A stretch of DNA of 30,321 bases from a virus (Duplodnaviria; Caudoviricetes), in IMG/VR virus record IMGVR_UViG_3300036546_000076, positions 1 to 30,321 of that record; one strand, 5' to 3'. How positions within the stretch are numbered: position 1 is the stretch's first letter; each line of letters starts with the position of its first letter. This document shows positions 8,604-16,997 of this stretch, piece after piece. Position numbers and translations under genes: made by a program. Under the pieces are notes generated by a model. That model ran no database searches. It was given only the letters and a program-made list of their open reading frames with translations, and had not been told where the DNA came from.

Positions 8604-9788
8604 CTAGGCTAAAGCTGGTAGAGTAATGGCTTTTGCTACAGCTGAGCTTGCTACTGTCACAGTATCCTTGACGGTTGTGTATCCAGATAGTTTTACAGTC
8701 ACTGGGTAAGTTCCGGCTCGTAAATTAAATACGGCGGTACCATCAACGGCTGTTTTCAGTCGAGAACCATTAACATCAACAACAGCTCCCGCAACAGCTA
8801 CAGGCGTACCTGCATCATCTTTAACAGTAAATGTCACGGCCTGAGTCGTTACAGCTGATGTAGGTTCAATGTAAGCAAATGGACAGCTCACGCGATTTTC
8901 ATCCATTCTTGTTGCTGGATTTGGCAAAGCCCAACCCATGCGGAAAACGACACGTAATGCCACCATATCCTGTTGAGCAAGGTTATAAACAATCGCTTTG
9001 GTATCTGGATCCTGAATAACGCCCTGGTCTAGCAATTTAACTGTGATGTCCTGTCTGATTGCATAAACCGCCTGGGAAAAGTCCCCAACGATTAATTGCG
9101 CAATGGCTTTATTGAATGATCCATTAGTTGGGAAGTACATAGGTGATCCATCCAACGCATACTGGGTAGCACCCTGCATAGAAGTCATGAAAATTGGGGA
9201 ACCATCAGTTCCTTTTAAACCTCTGAGTTTAGATCGCATTCCCATGGATGCCAAAGCACCCGTTGACATGTAGCCATCATCCTCAATTTTAGCCAGAACA
9301 CCGTTTTCGCCCATGATCAGATCAAACATTGCTGTTGATCCAGGAGGGACGTTATTCCCGGCTTGTCGTGCCAAAGTGATGATATCATTCTGCCATTCAG
9401 ACGGTCTGTTTTCACCAAAGATAATGGCGCTATCAACACGTTGCCCGATTGCTTCAACAATTCGTGGCTGAACTTCACCCATGATGTCAAACGAGGCATC
9501 ATCTAAGACCGCTTCAGGGATTGGCACAATAACTGCTAATTCAGCAGCTGTTAAGTAGACATTATCCCAGGCTTGCTGTGATGTCTGTTTGTATCCGGTG
9601 TCACCATTAACCCAGTAGGCCATTGGCAACACATCCAGTACCGGGATCCGGGTTTGTTTACTGGTCATATTGGGGAGTTTTCGGGCTAACCCCATGAATA
9701 CGGATTCTTTTGGTGAATCCTGAAAAATAGTATTGACGAGTTGTTCCTGAATAAGAGCTTCAGCTCTTTCTCTGTTAATAATTGGCAT
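8604..9788 (-). CDS. Major capsid protein (HK97 fold) with an in-frame C-terminal Ig-like domain
   Basis: 394 aa with AYWV.G, LAVIVPI.E..L.D and NLAQQDMVALR...R.G motifs. The last ~80 aa form a Thr/Val/Ala-rich beta-sandwich (GTYPVTVKLSGY). Confidence 0.9.
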   Translation of the reverse strand: MPIINRERAEALIQEQLVNTIFQDSPKESVFMGLARKLPNMTSKQTRIPVLDVLPMAYWVNGDTGYKQTSQQAWDNVYLTAAELAVIVPIPEAVLDDASFDIMGEVQPRIVEAIGQRVDSAIIFGENRPSEWQNDIITLARQAGNNVPPGSTAMFDLIMGENGVLAKIEDDGYMSTGALASMGMRSKLRGLKGTDGSPIFMTSMQGATQYALDGSPMYFPTNGSFNKAIAQLIVGDFSQAVYAIRQDITVKLLDQGVIQDPDTKAIVYNLAQQDMVALRVVFRMGWALPNPATRMDENRVSCPFAYIEPTSAVTTQAVTFTVKDDAGTPVAVAGAVVDVNGSRLKTAVDGTAVFNLRAGTYPVTVKLSGYTTVKDTVTVASSAVAKAITLPALA

Positions 9789-9794
9789 AGTTTT

Positions 9795-10319
9795 TTATTC
9801 CTTTCCGAATGCCGCTCTAAAAGCTGCATTTGCTTGGTCATTTTTATTACTGCCTGGTAAATCTGTCGCACCTGGTGTCGGCAATGAAAACACCGGCGGT
9901 TTCGCTTCAGTTTCGAATAAATAATCTTTTTCGGTTTTCAGCTTCTCGATCTGTTCTTTGAGACCTACAACATCATCACCGACTTGCTTTACAGCATTAA
10001 GATCAATTAAGGCTTTCAGGATATCTGGATCCTTTGCCTTTGATTCCTTTAAGGCATTGCCAATGGAATAATCCAACTTCAACTTTTCAACCTCTTTAGC
10101 GGCATCCAGTTGAGCTTGTGTGACAGTTGTTTTCCATTCAGGATCATAACCCTCCAGTTTTGTATTGGCTGCTTGAAGCTGAGTTTTGACACCTTCAAGT
10201 GCCTGATTTGCTGTGGCGGCTTCATGTTTGTGCTTTTCAATATCTACACCGTTAAGCGCAAATACGCCTTTTACCTGGTCTTCAGTCAATCCCAGCGCTG
10301 TTAATTCTTCTGTTTTCAT
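9795..10319 (-). CDS. Capsid scaffolding protein (Phage GP20 family)
   Basis: 174 aa coiled coil with MKTEEL..LGL.EDQ, AKD...L.ALID and GL.EQI..LK....YLF motifs. It lies immediately upstream of the capsid gene. Confidence 0.85.
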   Translation of the reverse strand: MKTEELTALGLTEDQVKGVFALNGVDIEKHKHEAATANQALEGVKTQLQAANTKLEGYDPEWKTTVTQAQLDAAKEVEKLKLDYSIGNALKESKAKDPDILKALIDLNAVKQVGDDVVGLKEQIEKLKTEKDYLFETEAKPPVFSLPTPGATDLPGSNKNDQANAAFRAAFGKE

Positions 10320-10337
10320 CTGTTTCCTTTCCCACTA

Positions 10338-10441
10338 AGCGTTTTAGGTGGTCGCTGTCACCCATGGTCCTGCTCTCGTAGGCTTGCAGGATGGCCGAAA
10401 TTTACATAAAAAAGAAGCCTTTTAACGTCATGCTTATGACG
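10338..10441 (-). promoter_or_regulatory. Structured 5' leader of the scaffold gene: two H-type pseudoknots flanking a hairpin
   Basis: PK1 (10441-10415): CGUCA/UGACG stem, with loop AAGC pairing to downstream GCUU. Middle hairpin: UCCUGC/GCAGGA. PK2 (10362-10338): GGUG/CACC stem, with loop AGCG pairing to CGCU. Both pseudoknots have a UAAAA linker. Confidence 0.55.
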
Positions 10442-10461
10442 AGATAGAGGATCACCCCTTC

Positions 10462-10701
10462 CTACAACGGGTAATAATGCTGCTCAAATACCTGGCCGTG
10501 ACGGACAGAAACACCGTTCGGCTCCTTAACGATATAATCGCCAAACTTTACCGGCTGGCCATTATAAAATAATTCAGTACCATTCATAATCAATCCGCCA
10601 TTTACCAACGACTCAATTAACCATTCCGGGTAAGGCTCTTTATTACCCTCAACCCAGCGGTAGGCTTCCACGACTGTAGGTCGTCTGGCATAACTTGCCA
10701 T
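10462..10701 (-). CDS. Small hypothetical phage protein (YopX/PGDYG-like beta fold)
   Basis: 79 aa with a strong AAGGAGG SD and the pattern Y..RP.VVEA..W...P.W...GDYIVK...F...Y common in phage accessory genes. Confidence 0.65.
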   Translation of the reverse strand: MASYARRPTVVEAYRWVEGNKEPYPEWLIESLVNGGLIMNGTELFYNGQPVKFGDYIVKEPNGVSVRHGQVFEQHYYPL

Positions 10702-10727
10702 GTTTGATCCTCCTTATTTTTTGCATG

Positions 10728-10763
10728 AAAAAACCACCTAACTTTTTACTGTTGGTGGTTTTT
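10728..10763. terminator. Bidirectional intrinsic terminator
   Basis: AAAAAACCACC...GGTGGTTTTT inverted repeat with T-tracts on both strands, directly after the stop of the 76-aa gene. Confidence 0.75.
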
Positions 10764-10993
10764 TAAGATATGAGATTGCTTAGTTTAGTAACTAGACCAG
10801 CTATGAGGTCATATTCCTCGTCAAATTCATTGCCCTGGACCTTCTCAACTTCATATTCACCGCAAAGATCAAGGAGCTCTTCCAGTAGGTCGTCATCAAT
10901 CTCGATTTCGTTATCTGCAGTAATTTCAAGTGAAATATTATCAGATATCTTTTTCAATACATTCTTTTCATTGTCGGTTAGTTTGATTCTCAT
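10763..10993 (-). CDS. Putative immunity protein for the MuF C-terminal toxin
   Basis: 76 aa, very acidic and AT-rich. It has an ATGA overlap with the minor capsid gene and is followed by a terminator. Confidence 0.6.
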   Translation of the reverse strand: MRIKLTDNEKNVLKKISDNISLEITADNEIEIDDDLLEELLDLCGEYEVEKVQGNEFDEEYDLIAGLVTKLSNLIS

Positions 10994-12477
10994 CTTTTGA
11001 GCCTCCTCACTCGGTTACTGGACGTCGCATAAGTTGTTGTGATATTTCCGGTATCTGGATTTATTGTTACTGTAGCTTTTTCACCAGTATATTTCACGCT
11101 TTTCCTACCTTGCTTGTCTATCTTAATTTTACCAATATCTAATGGGTTCGTCAAAGCATTTCGAACATCTGTAACTTGGATGTTTCTTTCAATCGCTCTT
11201 TCACCAAAATGTTTTGAAACTTCTCTTATCTCAATTCCGGCGGATGTTTTCTCGCCAACCAGTTTATTGAAACTTGCTACTTTCCTATTGACCCAAACAC
11301 TCTTTTGGCTAATACTCTGATCATACTTAACCGCCTGGTGCCGGTCATTCTGATAGGGGAGGCCAGCGGCATTACTGAAATCTCTGTAAAATTCCTTTTG
11401 TCGTTGGAGCTTTATACTGGCAGTGGTAAATGCGGTTTTATCGCCCAGCGCATTGTAGCCAATCAATTCATTCTTTGATTCTCTCATGGCCGTTTCAATC
11501 TTTCTTTGCTGCTGTGTGGCCTCGTAGTGGGTATAGGTCTTTCCCTCATAAGAAATTGGAGCATTATCAAGCTTTTTAAGCTGCTTATTGGTGTATGTTG
11601 GAACTGAGATCCCCGGGAAGAATGCATAATAATTATGCCGGCAATTCCAGCCACACAGCCCCGGACCTGTTCCAAGTCCTGTTGTTTCCACTAAATTTGG
11701 ATACCCTGGCTCTGATCCGATGATTTTAAAAGCTTTACCTTGCCACTCTGCATGATCTGGTCTTGCCCCGGGATGAGCGGTAACTTCTACATATTCAGCA
11801 CCCAGATCTTTTACAACCTGTTCATTAAACTGACTGGACATTTGATTGACACCTGTCATGATCGCCCGTCTGGCAGCCACATCAACACGGTTACGCCATC
11901 CAGATTCAAAATCAACCCAACGCACACCGCTTTGACTCATTTGTTTTACCGCCTGCCTTGTAGCAGTTTGATAATCAAGCACCCCGGTTGAGACTTGAAA
12001 TTGCGCCATATCCAAAACATTGTGATAATACTGAGACGTTAAAAGATATTGGATCTTATCGCCAAACTTCCTGGCAAATCCCATAGACTGTGTCATATTA
12101 AAAAGCTCACCCTTTGTCTGCTCCTGGGCAGCCTTTACATAATTCTGCAAAGTCTCAGACTTCTCAAGGTTAGGGGTTAAGTGTCCCATCTGTTCATAAA
12201 TCGGAGCATCATTTTGTAAAGACAATTCAGCGACACTGCTAAATAAAGCGTCAATTTCTCCCTGAGATAACTCTGTGACTCTTTTTATTTCTTTTTCGAG
12301 TTCTGACATGGCCATACCTATTTCTTGTGCTCTGATCGCCTGCCATTCGGCTGTATCTGTTATTGATCCTGCTTTTCCAACTCTCCTGGCAAGATCCGTA
12401 ATGATAAACTGCTCTAATTCTTGGTATAAATTAACAAAATAATCAGGGATGTTTTGCAATTGATCAGGTGTCAGCAT
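10990..12477 (-). CDS. Minor capsid protein (MuF / Phage_min_cap2) with a C-terminal putative RNase toxin domain
   Basis: 495 aa after the portal. It has the MuF2-type motifs AH.GARP.H..WQGK and GL.G.NCRH, then an extra ~100-aa basic C-terminus (KHFGERAIERNI..DV.NAL.NP...VTINPDTGNITT) resembling DUF4258/colicin-E5-like BECR RNases. Confidence 0.85.
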   Translation of the reverse strand: MLTPDQLQNIPDYFVNLYQELEQFIITDLARRVGKAGSITDTAEWQAIRAQEIGMAMSELEKEIKRVTELSQGEIDALFSSVAELSLQNDAPIYEQMGHLTPNLEKSETLQNYVKAAQEQTKGELFNMTQSMGFARKFGDKIQYLLTSQYYHNVLDMAQFQVSTGVLDYQTATRQAVKQMSQSGVRWVDFESGWRNRVDVAARRAIMTGVNQMSSQFNEQVVKDLGAEYVEVTAHPGARPDHAEWQGKAFKIIGSEPGYPNLVETTGLGTGPGLCGWNCRHNYYAFFPGISVPTYTNKQLKKLDNAPISYEGKTYTHYEATQQQRKIETAMRESKNELIGYNALGDKTAFTTASIKLQRQKEFYRDFSNAAGLPYQNDRHQAVKYDQSISQKSVWVNRKVASFNKLVGEKTSAGIEIREVSKHFGERAIERNIQVTDVRNALTNPLDIGKIKIDKQGRKSVKYTGEKATVTINPDTGNITTTYATSSNRVRRLKR

Positions 12478-13892
12478 TATTCAGTACCCGGATCATTGCC
12501 AAACGGATTACTTTTGACCGTGGAACTGGCAGCAGGCATCATTTGTTTTGCCTGTTCTTCAGTCACACCATAACGCCATTTAAGATATTCCTCTGGTTTG
12601 ACAATGCCTGATCCGACTTCCTGCATTCTTACGGCCTGTTCCAATTGTGAATCAGTAATGATACTATCATCAAAATTAAAACTGACTTCATAATTGCCAG
12701 CAGGGGAAAGCTTGTACAAAGTTGTCAGGTAATCCATCGCTTTGATTAAATCTTCCAGAGCCTTTTGTAATGCTGTTTGAATTCCGTTGACCGTGGAATA
12801 ACTCCGCTGCTTACTGGCTATAATCTCAGTCGCTGTCTTCTCGATTGCCTGGGCATCAGATAAAGTCCCATAAGCAAGCCCACAAAGAAATTCAATGCGC
12901 TGCAGGTATTTATTAAGTCCGTTAAAAAAGGAACTGTCCCGGATCTCCGGAGAATATACCTCAAAGAACGTACTGTCTTTAACGCCTAAAGAAATATCAT
13001 GTTTTCTGAATAATCGTTCTTTTCCTTCCGGAAGAACCTGAACACCATCAACGATTTTAAACATATCGGCTGAAGCATCAATAGCGACTTCTTTTAATTT
13101 GAATTCGAGTAAGATCCTGGAATACTGTTCATCAGCTTTTCGGATCAGATCAACAGCCCCAGCAAACACTGAAGGACCCAATGGGGATAGATTATCAATT
13201 CTGTTTGCTTGGGGAACTTTGAAATAAGCAAATAGGGGAGTTTGAACACCATTCAAAGTAATAACTGGTGCAAGTTCAGCCCATTCTGGAACATCGGCCA
13301 GATCAATTTGACGGCCTAGTATCTCAGCGTTTGAACTAATATAAGCCGTATTTGATACGGTGTAACCTCGTTCATCCATAACATGAGACTCAAACCGGGT
13401 ATAAATGCTTTTACCCTTTATCTTCTTATCAGTGAAAATACAGGCGGTAATTCTACCAGAACTGTCAAAAGAGGCGGGGAAGAAAGCATCACCCTGGATA
13501 AAGTCAACTGCCAATTGATTGCCGTCAAAATAGGGCTTAATAATCAGGCCACCTTTTGCAAGGCCGTATTCCAGGTAGATTCTCAAAGCCTCAATAACTT
13601 TTTGGTACTGCGAATCAAGATAATCAGCTCTGGGGCTCCCGGTGATCTTTGTCTTGAACTCGTTGACTGTCAGCCTGGCAAGTTCTGAAGTGATCGAAGC
13701 AGGAAGGTTAAGACTGAAAATCTCTTTTTTCTTACTTAACCAGGGCGCTTTATCGTTATACATCAAAGACCATAACTCAATAGCAGAAACCATTGAAGAT
13801 GAGATCAAGACGTTCGATGTTGTGTTTTTTGTATTTTGTGGGAGTATCTTATCCAGCTGTTGCCGGATCCATTCCATTAATTTTGAGAACAA
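12477..13892 (-). CDS. Portal protein (A118/SPP1-like)
   Basis: 471 aa after terL, with SPLG.S.F, P.IR...F, IEF.CGL.YG, KTATEI and FDDS motifs. Confidence 0.9.
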   Translation of the reverse strand: MFSKLMEWIRQQLDKILPQNTKNTTSNVLISSSMVSAIELWSLMYNDKAPWLSKKKEIFSLNLPASITSELARLTVNEFKTKITGSPRADYLDSQYQKVIEALRIYLEYGLAKGGLIIKPYFDGNQLAVDFIQGDAFFPASFDSSGRITACIFTDKKIKGKSIYTRFESHVMDERGYTVSNTAYISSNAEILGRQIDLADVPEWAELAPVITLNGVQTPLFAYFKVPQANRIDNLSPLGPSVFAGAVDLIRKADEQYSRILLEFKLKEVAIDASADMFKIVDGVQVLPEGKERLFRKHDISLGVKDSTFFEVYSPEIRDSSFFNGLNKYLQRIEFLCGLAYGTLSDAQAIEKTATEIIASKQRSYSTVNGIQTALQKALEDLIKAMDYLTTLYKLSPAGNYEVSFNFDDSIITDSQLEQAVRMQEVGSGIVKPEEYLKWRYGVTEEQAKQMMPAASSTVKSNPFGNDPGTE

Positions 13893-13904
13893 TGTTTCTC
13901 ACCT

Positions 13905-15233
13905 CTATTCATATTTCATAAATCGCCCAATGATACGTTCAAAGGTATATTCAAAAGCATCAAGGCTGTCAATGTCGCTGCTGCCATCATCCAGTCGTTC
14001 ATTTTTGGTCAGCTCCTTTGGATTCCATCGGGCTGTGCAAAGGGCAGTAGTTAATGTGTCGCAATCATCGTAAATAAAAAAACGGCCTTGCGCCATCATT
14101 CGATAAGTAAAATTAATACGGTCGTTGATGACCTCTTTTAAAGCGTTATGGATGGATAACCAACTAAGTCCCGCTTTACGTGCAGCGGTCTTTAATCCTC
14201 GGATCAGCACCTGTTCAGCACTATCACAAAAGACAGAGGTGATATAACCATACCGGTTTATGATCTTGTAGCAGAAATCAACGAATAGCTGGCCCAGTTT
14301 ATCGGGGTCAATATCATCCCCAAAATGTCGCTCGCTGGATAAAGCAATCATACTCTGATAATTCCGGGTGATCCCTGTGGCCACAAACGCATGACCGGAT
14401 CCGGTACCCCCGAAGTCAACGCCGATATTGATTTCCATCAGATCAGTGGGTTTATCTGTCATTTCGAATTTATCAGGGTTATTGGCAAATAGTCGATAAA
14501 TCAAACCCTCAGCGACGCATCGTTTGCCTTCAATATCCCGCAAATACCAGATACTGTTTTGATCGTACTGACTAATGATCTCACGTTTACGCTCATCAGA
14601 AATACTGATATTGTCATGGATGGTAAAGTGACAATAATTATATCCACCAATGAGTATTTTCTTTTTATCTAGCTCTGCATACTTGTCAATGTAATCTTTG
14701 TATATTGGAGCATTGGGGTTATCTGGGTTAAGATCCCAGAAGATTTTACGCATATCAGCCGCCAATTGTCGGTTGAATGCTTCTTTGATCGTGGCGTCAT
14801 GGTGCAGATTAATCTCTGTTGCAATCCACATGCCATATGAGTTACCGCGGATCTTCTTGAAACTGTCCGCTTTTGCGCCGCCGGCAAAAATAACAACTCG
14901 CTGACGTTTGCCAGTAGCAGGACCTTTAATAAATAAGGCCTCGTTGTCTTTATATTTACCCCAGCGACATTGGCCACGAAATATATACTCAAGGCCAAAT
15001 CCATTGGCATCACCGATGTTTAACTTAGCATTGGCAACCGTTGATCCTGTCGCCAGGTGGATCTTATCTTTGGTCGTTTTAATCTCATGGGCGAACGCAT
15101 AAACATTATCAACGGTTTTTCCGGCTCTGACGGCACCCTCGGCAAAATTAAAGGTGTTGTCTTTGCACTTTCGGATATAGTCAATATGCTTGTCAGAAAA
15201 CACAAAATGGATCGTCTTTTTACTCTTAGCCAT
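13905..15233 (-). CDS. terL: Terminase large subunit (PBSX/SPP1-like)
   Basis: 442 aa with Walker A GAVRAGKT, a Walker B-like WIATE, a DLNP coupling motif, and nuclease motifs GVDFG, DSA and DSLDAFEY. Confidence 0.92.
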   Translation of the reverse strand: MAKSKKTIHFVFSDKHIDYIRKCKDNTFNFAEGAVRAGKTVDNVYAFAHEIKTTKDKIHLATGSTVANAKLNIGDANGFGLEYIFRGQCRWGKYKDNEALFIKGPATGKRQRVVIFAGGAKADSFKKIRGNSYGMWIATEINLHHDATIKEAFNRQLAADMRKIFWDLNPDNPNAPIYKDYIDKYAELDKKKILIGGYNYCHFTIHDNISISDERKREIISQYDQNSIWYLRDIEGKRCVAEGLIYRLFANNPDKFEMTDKPTDLMEINIGVDFGGTGSGHAFVATGITRNYQSMIALSSERHFGDDIDPDKLGQLFVDFCYKIINRYGYITSVFCDSAEQVLIRGLKTAARKAGLSWLSIHNALKEVINDRINFTYRMMAQGRFFIYDDCDTLTTALCTARWNPKELTKNERLDDGSSDIDSLDAFEYTFERIIGRFMKYE

Positions 15234-15945
15234 AGATCACATCATCCGTTTCCGTTAGGTCTTCAACTTCTTCACCTTCTCCATTAATTTTTGCAACATC
15301 GGCTTTCAGCTTATCAATCCGTGCCCGCTGTTCTTCGGTAGCCAGTTCCGATCGGGTTAACTCATCATACTGCTTAATCATGGATTCTAAAGTTTTCATT
15401 GCCCGGGACTGAGCCTGAATGAAACTTGAATGTTTATCCCAGGCTTGCTGGACTTCCCATTTTTCACTCCCGCCAAATTGACTGTCACTTTCAGCAATCT
15501 TTGTAGTAGTCACATCATCCTGATTTTTGACATACCAAAGCCGTTGCCCACGGATAATTGCAGCATACTGCAGCTGAATATTATCCCAGAGTAAATCAAT
15601 GGGGTTGGATCGTTCAATGCATTTCATGATCTCCATGGTTTCAGCGGGGAGCCATTTAGCAAAGAAGCCGTGACGTTCAGCGTTTTTATTTTCTTCAGGT
15701 GCTCCATGACCAGTGGCGTTTTTATTGCCTTTTGGAGCCCCTTTTTTATTTGGAGTACTCCGATTATTCTTTTGAAGTACTCCACTAACTGAATCGGTCC
15801 ATTTGTCTTTGCATTTCCACCCTCCTACAGTTTTTTCCGAGATTCCCAACGTTTCTGCAATTCTTCTATTCTCGATATTTCCGCCATTCTCTTTATATAT
15901 CTCAAATGCTTTTTCTCTGTTTGGGCTCCTTGCTCTGGCCATCAC
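15226..15945 (-). CDS. terS: Terminase small subunit
   Basis: N-terminal HTH (R.RSPNR.KA.E...IA..LG.S..TV..WK.KD.W), GAP.GNKNA repeats, NA.RHG.F and WEVQQAWDK. It lies upstream of terL. Confidence 0.88.
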   Translation of the reverse strand: MMARARSPNREKAFEIYKENGGNIENRRIAETLGISEKTVGGWKCKDKWTDSVSGVLQKNNRSTPNKKGAPKGNKNATGHGAPEENKNAERHGFFAKWLPAETMEIMKCIERSNPIDLLWDNIQLQYAAIIRGQRLWYVKNQDDVTTTKIAESDSQFGGSEKWEVQQAWDKHSSFIQAQSRAMKTLESMIKQYDELTRSELATEEQRARIDKLKADVAKINGEGEEVEDLTETDDVIYG

Positions 15946-15987
15946 CTCACCTCAATTATTTGCTTATTTGTTTGTTTTGTCGCATAT

Positions 15988-16014
15988 AAAAAGACACCGG
16001 TTTCCCGATGCCTC
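15988..16014 (-). terminator. Intrinsic terminator-like hairpin between the late promoter and terS
   Basis: The mRNA reads GAGGCAUCGG-GAAA-CCGGUGUCUU-UUU: a 10-bp stem with G-U pairs, a GNRA loop and a U-tract. Confidence 0.6.
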
Positions 16015-16030
16015 AATCTTATCTGACGCC

Positions 16031-16089
16031 ATTGTACCATATACAGCGTAAAAATATCACTCAAAGTGTTCCATGTTGTGTTCCTTGTT
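16031..16089 (-). promoter_or_regulatory. Putative activator-dependent late promoter
   Basis: Extended -10 TGGTACAAT (16039-16031) with no good -35. A tandem 12-bp repeat GTGTTCC(A/T)TGTT (16066-16077, 16078-16089) lies just upstream, at the 3' end of the activator gene. Confidence 0.55.
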
Positions 16090-16443
16090 GCATTTTGACT
16101 TGACTTTTCTAATATAACCATGTTCATAACCGAGAATCTCGGCCGCTTCTTTTTGATTGTAACCGCAAATATTGGTCAAATATAGAACTTTATCCTTGAT
16201 CCCGTCGATGCTTTCAACTCGATCAGTTAATTCAGTTTTGAGATTATCAATCTCATTCGTCAATCGCTGATATTCCTGAAACACTTCAACGGCACCTTTT
16301 CCACTATTGCCGTGAATCATGTTAGCGTCAATATAATCCGTTCCGCTGGAATATCCTTTGGGATATTGCCTATCAAATAAATCGCTGCGTTGTTCTTCCA
16401 GGGACGCTATTTTGTCTTTAATCTCATATTCACTCACTGACAC
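16057..16443 (-). CDS. Probable late transcriptional activator (ArpU/RinA-like, sigma region-4-like HTH)
   Basis: 128 aa, coiled coil plus a C-terminal HTH (YNQKEAAEILGYEHGYIRKV). It is the last early gene before terS. Confidence 0.65.
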   Translation of the reverse strand: MSVSEYEIKDKIASLEEQRSDLFDRQYPKGYSSGTDYIDANMIHGNSGKGAVEVFQEYQRLTNEIDNLKTELTDRVESIDGIKDKVLYLTNICGYNQKEAAEILGYEHGYIRKVKSKCNKEHNMEHFE

Positions 16444-16996
16444 CCTCCATCTCCATTGCCAAAATCTCTGTCAAGAAATTTGCGTTACAGTCTACATGCC
16501 AGAGGTGGGGGAGTCCGCTCTCTGGATCAATGCTCTTAAAGTCTTTCATGACCTCACACAAATGTCGTAATAATGCTGCAATATAACGTTCCTTGTCAAC
16601 CTGCTTCCAGTTATCCGGATCACCATATTTTTCAACGCCGTACCGCCGAATATGGCCAACAGCAAGGATTAAATCCGGGCTGACTAGGTCAACACGAGAT
16701 TTTCCGGTGTCATGTTTGGCGGATTGTGTAAGCGTAAAGTCTTCTTCTGGCTCCCAAAGGGAAAAATCAACGCAGTTTCTGCAGGGTTCGTCATTTTCAA
16801 CATCCCATTCGAAATCTTTTTGATAACAAGATTCACAATTCTTTTCGATCAGGTTTTTTGTCGAATCTGAGTTTCGTTCATATGCAGACCCGTTATAGCA
16901 CGATCCATAAGTCTTTTTACAGCCAAGCCCTAAATCCCCGATGTCAACGGAACTTATGCAACCGTCGCATTTATGCTTTTTTATTTTTTCAATCAT
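16430..16996 (-). CDS. DUF5664-like dATP/dGTP diphosphohydrolase with a Cys-rich N-terminus
   Basis: K.D.GK.R.DL, YG..KYG..NW, Y..A..RHL and DPESGLPHL.H...N..FL motifs. The N-terminal ~85 aa carry Cys clusters (CDGC, CESC, CRNC). Confidence 0.75.
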   Translation of the reverse strand: MIEKIKKHKCDGCISSVDIGDLGLGCKKTYGSCYNGSAYERNSDSTKNLIEKNCESCYQKDFEWDVENDEPCRNCVDFSLWEPEEDFTLTQSAKHDTGKSRVDLVSPDLILAVGHIRRYGVEKYGDPDNWKQVDKERYIAALLRHLCEVMKDFKSIDPESGLPHLWHVDCNANFLTEILAMEMEGVSE

Positions 16997-16997
16997 T

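Noticed and set aside
15942-16127. 61-aa minus-strand ORF between the activator and terS
   Set aside because: It overlaps the activator 3' end, the late promoter and a terminator hairpin, and has no convincing SD.
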